Below, piece after piece: positions 57,711 to 64,000 of a DNA stretch of 64,000 bases. The stretch lies in the IMG/VR virus record IMGVR_UViG_3300031951_000032. One strand, 5' to 3'. The notes under the pieces were generated by a model. That model saw only the letters and a program-made list of their open reading frames with translations, did not search any database and was not told where the DNA came from. The DNA is from an uncultured virus (IMG/VR IMGVR_UViG_3300031951_000032). Its lineage: Duplodnaviria; Heunggongvirae; Uroviricota; Caudoviricetes. The position numbers and the translations under genes are program-made. Within the stretch, counting starts at the first letter, position 1, and each line of letters starts with the position of its first letter.

Positions 57711-58640
57711 ATGGAACATCTTCTATGGACAGAAAAGTATCGGCCACGAACAGTGGAAGAATGTATTCTACCAGAACGTTTGAAAGCAGTGTTTCAACAA
57801 TACGTAAACCAGAAAGAGATGCCAAATCTCCTTCTGGCTGGTGGGGCGGGTGTGGGCAAGACGACAATCGCCAAAGCCATGTGCAACGAAATCGGTTGCG
57901 ACTACATGGTAATCAATGGTTCTGATGAGAACGGCGTCGATACAATTCGTGTCAAAATCAAAAACTATGCATCATCGGTTTCACTTTCTGGTGGCCGTAA
58001 GGTTGTCATTCTAGATGAAGCAGATTATCTAACACCAAACGCACAAGCAATTCTGCGTAATGCGATTGAAGAGTTTGCTGCAAACTGTTCTTTCATTTTC
58101 ACCTGCAACTATAAAAACAAAATCATTGATCCACTACACAGTCGTTGTGCGGTCATTGAATTTGGTTTGAAGAATGGTGAAAAAGCGCAAATGGCTTCTG
58201 CGTTTTTCAAACGCATCACACACATACTTGATACAGAGAAAGTTGAATTTGACGAAAAGGTAATTGCCGAAGTAGTCAAGAAACACTTTCCAGATTTTCG
58301 TCGTGTTATCAATGAACTTCAACGCTATTCCAAACTCGGCAAGATTGATGTAGGCATCCTCTCTCAGATTGGTGATATTTCTCTAACACAGATTGTCAAA
58401 CATTTGAAAGAAAAAGACTTTACGTCCGTCCGTAAATGGGCAGCAACGTCGGAAATTGATAACACGACATTCTTTCGCAAACTCTATGATGCTTTGTATG
58501 ACATTGCAAAGCCTCAGAGTATACCACAAGCAGTCTTAATTCTTGCTGACTACCAATACAAGCAAGCATTTGTTGCTGACCATGAAATCAATCTTGTTGC
58601 TTGCCTGACAGAAATCATGGCTAACGTGGAATTCAAATGA
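57711..58640 (+). CDS. gp44: Clamp loader large subunit
   Basis: LWTEKYRP, GGAGVGKTT, ILDEADYL, PLHSRC, FPDFRR..NELQ. Confidence 0.96.
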   Translation: MEHLLWTEKYRPRTVEECILPERLKAVFQQYVNQKEMPNLLLAGGAGVGKTTIAKAMCNEIGCDYMVINGSDENGVDTIRVKIKNYASSVSLSGGRKVVILDEADYLTPNAQAILRNAIEEFAANCSFIFTCNYKNKIIDPLHSRCAVIEFGLKNGEKAQMASAFFKRITHILDTEKVEFDEKVIAEVVKKHFPDFRRVINELQRYSKLGKIDVGILSQIGDISLTQIVKHLKEKDFTSVRKWAATSEIDNTTFFRKLYDALYDIAKPQSIPQAVLILADYQYKQAFVADHEINLVACLTEIMANVEFK

Positions 58641-59206
58641 TACCTTTTGATACCTTATTTAAAGATGGCAAACTCAACAAGTTTATGGAAGAAAAGTCTA
58701 AAAACTTGTGGGAAGGCACACTCTTTGAAAAGTATCCATTGATATCCAACAAAAACAAAGGCGCCTTGGGAGAGAAAATAGTAGGTAAATACATGACATT
58801 ACTAAACTGTTCTGTAAGAGAAAGAAAAAATTCAGGACAGGATTTTTTAATTGATGGTTATAAAACCGAAGTTAAAATTAGTTTAGCACATGAAACAGTA
58901 CACAATCAATTTGCGCTTAATCACATTTCAATAAAAAAAGATTGGGAAAGATTGATCTTTCTTGGAGTCAACTATGATCTTTCAAAGTCAAAAATGGTAT
59001 TCTTCAAGAAACAAGACTTTATTGACCATATGGACAACACACCTTCTCCTTTGTTTAAACATCAACAAGGTGGTGAAAAAATAAAGAATGACGATTACAT
59101 TTTGATGGGTAATTTTGATAATTTTTTTGATTTGGATTTTGTCTACGACATTTCTGAATGGAAAAATAAGGAAGAACTAAGAGGTCTAGAATTTTGGTTG
59201 AAATAA
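58637..59206 (+). CDS. Putative PD-(D/E)XK restriction-type endonuclease
   Basis: KG.LGEK...D..I.G...EVK.S catalytic pattern; coupled to a methyltransferase gene. Confidence 0.55.
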   Translation: MIPFDTLFKDGKLNKFMEEKSKNLWEGTLFEKYPLISNKNKGALGEKIVGKYMTLLNCSVRERKNSGQDFLIDGYKTEVKISLAHETVHNQFALNHISIKKDWERLIFLGVNYDLSKSKMVFFKKQDFIDHMDNTPSPLFKHQQGGEKIKNDDYILMGNFDNFFDLDFVYDISEWKNKEELRGLEFWLK

Positions 59207-60195
59207 AAGACTTTTTGAATATCAGATATAGTACCAGAAATCTTTCCGATGAACAATTTGAGGGTATAGTCAATGACTTAGCCACTCAATTAGAAGGTAT
59301 AGATTACAAAACACTTTATACTGAAGAACAACTAAGGACAGATTGGAACAATTTGATTCGTTGGTTTTCAAATGAAAACACCATCAATTCAACTTCAAGA
59401 ATTGGAATGAAATTGTGTGAACACTTTTTCCCAAACTTCTATAAAATAGAAGACAATCGTGGTAAAAGTTTTGCCAACAGTTGGACTGCTGAAAATCTGC
59501 AAAAAATTTTACGTTGGAATAGAAAGAGTCATAGCACACCATATCTTTCAGAACTAAAACGTGGAGTTTATTTTTGTTGTGGTCTAACCAAAAGTACAAT
59601 GTATAGACCACAAATGGCAAAACTTTTGTGTTTGAAATATAAACCAAAAATAGTTTTAGACCCATGTGCTGGTTGGGGTGGAAGAATGTTAGGTGTGGTT
59701 TCAAGTGGTGCAAGATACATTGCTTTTGAACCAAATACAGAAACTTATAAAAATTTACAAAGACTGATTAAGTTTTTAAATATTGAAGATAAAGTTACAA
59801 TCATATGTGATGATGCTTTAAATATGGCTAACTATAATTTACCTAAAGTGGATATGGTTTTGACCAGCCCACCCTATTTTGATGTTGAAGTTTATACTAA
59901 AGAGTCAACTCAATCAATAAACAATGTAACTAACTATGAATCCTGGATTGCAGAGTTTCTCAAACCTTTGATTGAAAAATCACTAAGCCATTTGAAAGAA
60001 GATGGTGTGAGTTGTTGGAACGTCGGTAAAGTCGGAAATAAAAACATGATAGATGATGTTAAGAATGTTCACTTTGAAAAACATTATTACGTTTTTGATA
60101 AATTCTCACTGGTCAGCAGCAAAAGGCAGGCATTGCAGAATGAACTTAAAAATGAGAAAAGTTTAGATGACACGGTGATTTTTAAATATGAGTAA
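59194..60195 (+). CDS. Amino (N4-C/N6-A) DNA methyltransferase
   Basis: VLDPCAGWGGR SAM-binding motif followed by TSPPYF catalytic motif. Confidence 0.85.
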   Translation: MVEIKDFLNIRYSTRNLSDEQFEGIVNDLATQLEGIDYKTLYTEEQLRTDWNNLIRWFSNENTINSTSRIGMKLCEHFFPNFYKIEDNRGKSFANSWTAENLQKILRWNRKSHSTPYLSELKRGVYFCCGLTKSTMYRPQMAKLLCLKYKPKIVLDPCAGWGGRMLGVVSSGARYIAFEPNTETYKNLQRLIKFLNIEDKVTIICDDALNMANYNLPKVDMVLTSPPYFDVEVYTKESTQSINNVTNYESWIAEFLKPLIEKSLSHLKEDGVSCWNVGKVGNKNMIDDVKNVHFEKHYYVFDKFSLVSSKRQALQNELKNEKSLDDTVIFKYE

Positions 60196-60574
60196 TCCAT
60201 TTGACTATGCAACTGCCATCCTACAAACTAAGAAGCAAATGATTGTAGATGATATAACCGAGAAAGACTATGCTCCTTTTCTGGTCAACCGAGCCTTGTC
60301 TCAACACAAGGATTGTCTGGCCTTTGCGAATGAGATGAATAGTAGGCACTACCTTGAAAAGAAACTACAATTTGACTATTTGCTAAATACCGTCAGGTCT
60401 ATGAAAAGACCGTTTGCGAAGTGGGCTAAGGCTGAAAAAAACGATGATTTGGAATGTGTCAAACTGGTCTATGGCCTGTCCGATTCCAAAGCACGTGAGG
60501 CTTTGAGACTTCTCAGCAAAGAACAAATCCAAAAACTAAAAGAAGAAACCCTGACGGGTGGGTTAAGGAAATGA
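60188..60574 (+). CDS. gp62: Clamp loader small subunit
   Basis: Y.PF.VNR.LS...D....ANEMN, QFDY.LN.VR..KR, Y..S..KA.EAL..L. Confidence 0.92.
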   Translation: MSNPFDYATAILQTKKQMIVDDITEKDYAPFLVNRALSQHKDCLAFANEMNSRHYLEKKLQFDYLLNTVRSMKRPFAKWAKAEKNDDLECVKLVYGLSDSKAREALRLLSKEQIQKLKEETLTGGLRK

Positions 60575-60575
60575 C

Positions 60576-60980
60576 ATGGTTGATTTATCAAAGTTTGTTG
60601 AAGTCGTTCTTTCAAATCAAGATGACTTTTTAAAAATTCGTGAGACACTCACAAGAATCGGTGTCTCAAGTCGTAAAGAGAGGGTGCTGTATCAGTCTTG
60701 CCATATTCTACATAAACAAGGTAAGTATTATATCGTACACTTCAAAGAATTATTTGCATTAGATGGTAAGCTATCAACAATTACCGAAAATGATATACAA
60801 AGACGTAACGCTATTGCCAATTTACTTGAGGAATGGGGCTTGCTAAAGATTGTAAACTATGATATAGTAGAGAATAATATGGCACCAATTCATCAAATTA
60901 AGATTATTGCTTTCAAAGAAAAAGATGAATGGGAACTAGTTGCTAAATATAACATAGGTAAAAAAGGTAGAACTGAATAA
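60576..60980 (+). CDS. regA: Translational repressor RegA
   Basis: DDFLKIRETLTRIG, LYQSCHILHKQGKYYIVHFKELFALDG, W.L..KY.IG. Confidence 0.96.
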   Translation: MVDLSKFVEVVLSNQDDFLKIRETLTRIGVSSRKERVLYQSCHILHKQGKYYIVHFKELFALDGKLSTITENDIQRRNAIANLLEEWGLLKIVNYDIVENNMAPIHQIKIIAFKEKDEWELVAKYNIGKKGRTE

Positions 60981-60992
60981 CGGTGATGCATC

Positions 60993-61175
60993 ATGAGCAA
61001 AGTGAAAAACAATGCGATTAAACTGGTTAACAAGTACACCAAAGAAGAGGTGTACACACGGAATTACGATGATGTGATAAAAGAAGGCAATAATGAGTTC
61101 ATTAAAGTCTTCAATCAAAGTAATCCACAAAGAACTTATCTTGTCAATCGTACAGCATTTGCGATTGCCAAGTGA
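60993..61175 (+). CDS. Hypothetical protein
   Basis: 60-aa ORF filling the regA-hsp20 gap. Confidence 0.55.
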   Translation: MSKVKNNAIKLVNKYTKEEVYTRNYDDVIKEGNNEFIKVFNQSNPQRTYLVNRTAFAIAK

Positions 61176-61177
61176 GT

Positions 61178-61221
61178 CGTGATGCCTTCGGGGTCACGTA
61201 ATTTTACTTGCTTAAAAGGAG
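61178..61221 (+). promoter_or_regulatory. ROSE-like RNA thermometer in hsp20 leader
   Basis: UUCG-capped hairpin at 61178-61198, then CUUGCU pairing with SD AGGAG with a bulged G (61207-61221). Confidence 0.6.
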
Positions 61222-61227
61222 AAAACT

Positions 61228-61713
61228 ATGACTATTACTCGTATTAGTCCTTTACTACATCATACTCTTGGCTTTGATCGTTTCTTTGATGACATTGAGA
61301 AGTTGTTGTCTGCTACGCCAGCACAACATACTGGAAATACTTTTCCGTATCACAATATTATCAGAGTAGATGACAATCGTTACATTATTGAACTTGCGGT
61401 TGCAGGCTTCAGTAAAGACGACATTGAAATTACCAGAGAAAAAAATACTTTGGTAATCAAAGGTAATAAAGAAGATGAAGATATGGGACAAGCAGAATAT
61501 CTACACAGAGGTATTGCTGCACGTAACTTCACAAAAACAATTACCATTGCTGACACTATTGAAGTACATAGTTCAGAACTCAAAGATGGTATTCTGCGTG
61601 TTGGTCTTATTAATGTTATTCCAGAACATCAAAAGCCAAAACGCATTGAAATTGGTAATGAACTGAAATTTTTTGAGCCTAAACTTCTACAAGAAGAAAA
61701 ACAGGCTGCATAA
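61228..61713 (+). CDS. hsp20: Small heat-shock protein (IbpA/Hsp20 family)
   Basis: GFDRFF, FP..NI, IELAVAGF, YLHRGIA.RNF, L.DGIL, IPE..KPKRIEI. Confidence 0.95.
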   Translation: MTITRISPLLHHTLGFDRFFDDIEKLLSATPAQHTGNTFPYHNIIRVDDNRYIIELAVAGFSKDDIEITREKNTLVIKGNKEDEDMGQAEYLHRGIAARNFTKTITIADTIEVHSSELKDGILRVGLINVIPEHQKPKRIEIGNELKFFEPKLLQEEKQAA

Positions 61714-61715
61714 AC

Positions 61716-61737
61716 AGTGGGGCGCAAGCCCCACTTT
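61716..61737 (+). terminator. GCAA-tetraloop hairpin after hsp20 (weak terminator or stabiliser)
   Basis: AGTGGGGC-GCAA-GCCCCACT then a short T run. Confidence 0.6.
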
Positions 61738-61746
61738 GAAGGATAC

Positions 61747-62325
61747 ATGATGGACAAAGACCTACGATCATATCTCAAAATCTATTCCGATTGGCTCACA
61801 CCAGAAGTGTGTCAAGAAACTGTTGACGAACTTGAACTAGTTGAAGGACAGTTTCAGACGCACCAGTTCTACGACTATCAGAATAATTCTAATCATTCGT
61901 ATGAGCATGAACTTGCTGTTACATGGTCAAATGTAAAGCACAAAGAGTACATCATGCAAAGAATATGGGATGGCTTGCAGAGATATCACAAAGAACTTAC
62001 TGATTGGGGTTGTAATTGGTATCAATCTTGGCAAGGATTCACTGAAGTTCGTTTCAACCGTTATCGTGAAGATACACAAATGAAACTTCACTGCGACCAC
62101 ATTCATTCAATGTTTGATGGTCAACGTAAGGGTATACCAACACTTACTATTCTTGGTGGTTTGAATGGCGGCTATGATGGTGGTGATTTGGTATTTTGGC
62201 AAGACACTCCTATAACTTTGAAGTCTGGTGAGATTATGATTTTCCCATCAAACTTCCTTTATCCACACAGAGTCGATCTGGTGACGAAAGGCACACGATA
62301 CTCTTATGTTGCTTGGACATGGTAA
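61747..62325 (+). CDS. 2OG-Fe(II) oxygenase (prolyl-4-hydroxylase-like)
   Basis: RY....M..HCD, Y.GGDL.F, G...IFPS.F.YPH.V..VTKG.RYS; ATG at 61747 with SD AAGGA. Confidence 0.88.
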   Translation: MMDKDLRSYLKIYSDWLTPEVCQETVDELELVEGQFQTHQFYDYQNNSNHSYEHELAVTWSNVKHKEYIMQRIWDGLQRYHKELTDWGCNWYQSWQGFTEVRFNRYREDTQMKLHCDHIHSMFDGQRKGIPTLTILGGLNGGYDGGDLVFWQDTPITLKSGEIMIFPSNFLYPHRVDLVTKGTRYSYVAWTW

Positions 62326-62489
62326 TGAAATCAAATTCAAACTTTAAAATGGGCAAAGAACTGAAGGTTCTACTTTCAGGTCTTTCTGGTAAAAACAAGA
62401 CTGACTACAAGCGTGAGATGATTCAAGCAATCATTGCTCCACGAATTGAATTCAAGAAGAAGAAAAAAGAAGAGGTGCAAGGTGACTGA
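62325..62489 (+). CDS. 54-aa basic hypothetical protein missing from the ORF track
   Basis: MKSNSNFKMGKELK...FKKKKKEEVQGD; TAATG coupling upstream and overlap with the downstream GTG start. Confidence 0.6.
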   Translation: MKSNSNFKMGKELKVLLSGLSGKNKTDYKREMIQAIIAPRIEFKKKKKEEVQGD

Positions 62490-63297
62490 TCTGTTGATGG
62501 TAAGTCACTTTCATAAAGACTTTCCTTTTAATCATGAATCCTCTTGGCTGAAAGCAGCATACGCTGGTTCTCATGCGCCATACAAGTGGCAACCACCAGG
62601 TCCCGGCAATTGGATCAACACATCACAACATAAAAGTGTATATGGCTATCGTCACTATTACAGCATGTGTAGTGAAGATGAGTTTCTTCGTGCATTAGCA
62701 CAACAAGCATCCGAGTATTACTTGTGGCATAATGGTCGTGCAGACTTCATTGGCTGTACAACATATCGTCGTTATTTGGACTTCAAAGGTGACTTGGGTA
62801 AAAATATTCTGAAATCATCGTTGCCGGCCACACAAGAAAGTGCTAATTACATGTCATCCGATGAACAGAAGGCGGCCGCACTCAAACTACTTGAGACACA
62901 CGATGCGATTACGAATCACATCACACCATTGCCATACTCAGTTCGTAATCAGTATCTACAGTCACAACCAGCAGAGTATTTGAATCTGTTTTTAGAGGGT
63001 ATTGAAAAGTTATTACCTGATTACAGAGACAAGATGAGTTGGTGGGATGACAACGGCGCCAGTTTTGAAACATGTTATGTCATGCGTAAGCAACTGTTCA
63101 GAAAATATGCTTCTGAGTTATTTGAACTTTTAGAATATGTGTGGCAGAACACAAGCAGAGTATATCCAACAACTACAACAACATCTGAGCCATTGCCTTG
63201 GAGATATCCAGGTTTTTTAGGTGAAAGATTTTTACCATTCTTCCTACACGCCAACAACGTAAACGTGGCTAGAACGTCACTTGTCATTTTGGAATAG
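62482..63297 (+). CDS. DUF4422-like glycosyltransferase-associated protein (probable GTG start)
   Basis: E...YYLW.N..ADFIG...YRRY, YVM.K.LF..Y...LF..L, R..GFL.ER. Confidence 0.65.
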   Translation: MTDLLMVSHFHKDFPFNHESSWLKAAYAGSHAPYKWQPPGPGNWINTSQHKSVYGYRHYYSMCSEDEFLRALAQQASEYYLWHNGRADFIGCTTYRRYLDFKGDLGKNILKSSLPATQESANYMSSDEQKAAALKLLETHDAITNHITPLPYSVRNQYLQSQPAEYLNLFLEGIEKLLPDYRDKMSWWDDNGASFETCYVMRKQLFRKYASELFELLEYVWQNTSRVYPTTTTTSEPLPWRYPGFLGERFLPFFLHANNVNVARTSLVILE

Positions 63298-63349
63298 TCG
63301 GAACGATTTTTTCGTCGTGCGCCATGCATGAAGTGAGTGCTTACTTATA

Positions 63350-63844
63350 ATGAAAGAAAAATACGTAAAAGCCCATATGAAAGCGGCCAGCGTTTATGCT
63401 GAACTTTCAACTGCTCGTAGATTACATGTAGGTTGTGTAATCGTCAAAGACAATACCATCATTGGTATCGGATATAACGGCATGCCATCTGGTTGGGATA
63501 ACAACTGTGAAGAAACTTTATATGTCCTCAAAGATGAATGTTATGAGACACCGGAATGGATGATTGCCAATGGTTATACCGAAACTGCTCATGGTTGGAC
63601 ACGGTTAACGTCTAAACCAGAAGTTCTACATGCCGAATCTAATGCTATTGCTAAAGTTTCTCGGTCAACAAACTCAAGTGATGGGGCAACAATGTTTATT
63701 ACCCACGCACCGTGCTTGGAATGTGCTAAGATGATATATCAGTCAGGAATCAAGGAGGTTTACTACAAAAACGCCTACAGAAGTGATTCAGGTATCAATT
63801 TTCTAAAAAAATGTGAAATTAAAGTTATTCAATGTGAGGAGTAA
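63350..63844 (+). CDS. cd: dCMP deaminase
   Basis: S.A.R..VG..IVK, GYNG.P.G, HAE.NAI, PC..CAK.I.Q.GI. Confidence 0.93.
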   Translation: MKEKYVKAHMKAASVYAELSTARRLHVGCVIVKDNTIIGIGYNGMPSGWDNNCEETLYVLKDECYETPEWMIANGYTETAHGWTRLTSKPEVLHAESNAIAKVSRSTNSSDGATMFITHAPCLECAKMIYQSGIKEVYYKNAYRSDSGINFLKKCEIKVIQCEE

Positions 63845-63847
63845 ATT

Positions 63848-64000
63848 ATGAGCAATATCACAAAAGTAGCAAAACAATTGGCTGAAGCCAATCCTAAAAT
63901 CTCTAAAGCATACAAGTATGATCTTGTGATGCGTGAGTTTGACAACAAGGTTGAATTGATCGGTCTTGTTGATGATCCAACATATGACATTGCCGATTTT
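63848..64000 (+). CDS. Hypothetical protein (3'-truncated by the window)
   Basis: SD GAGGAG, ATG at 63848, frame open to the window end. Confidence 0.6.
   Translation, partial: MSNITKVAKQLAEANPKISKAYKYDLVMREFDNKVELIGLVDDPTYDIADF

Noticed and set aside
57689..57925. 78-aa ORF overlapping the gp44 start
   Set aside because: Out-of-frame overlap with a highly conserved gene, with no SD or recognisable motif.
61717..61746. GTG start at 61717 for the oxygenase, as in the ORF track
   Set aside because: It lies inside the GCAA hairpin with no SD; ATG at 61747 or 61750 has an SD.
1..64000. Stop-codon reassignment or tRNA genes
   Set aside because: Core genes translate full-length in the standard code and TAA, TGA and TAG all end genes; no intergenic gap showed a cloverleaf by eye (tRNAscan-SE would settle it).

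Overview
This 64-kb window is from a large T4-like (contractile-tailed) bacteriophage genome, with every credible gene on the + strand. 1-21.9 kb: a virion appendage region with Asn-rich fibre proteins, a 1930-aa heptad-repeat fibre, small paralogous adaptor-like proteins and four Gly-rich adhesin-like proteins carrying 11 polyglycine domains in total. 21.9-36.7 kb: the T4-type morphogenesis block (gp13-gp23, gp3), with a Dps gene between the terminase subunits. 36.7-64 kb: recombination, replication and transcription genes (uvsY, uvsW, gp55, gp47, gp46, gp45, gp44, gp62, regA) interleaved with accessory genes. The strongest novelty candidates are: (1) a six-gene coupled cassette that looks like a pathway for a C-branched 3-deoxy sugar (B12 radical SAM, split ThDP enzyme, GHMP kinase, His-type ColD-like dehydratase, SDR), with scattered glycosyltransferase-like genes; (2) a repeated 'hydrophobic C-terminal anchor + small adaptor + polyglycine adhesin' design; (3) a ROSE-like RNA thermometer before hsp20; (4) an H-type pseudoknot leader before an HTH gene; (5) a restriction-modification-like pair splitting gp44/gp62; (6) a GmrSD-like nuclease behind a terminator-like leader. 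All protein calls come from motif and synteny recognition by eye; no database search was run.
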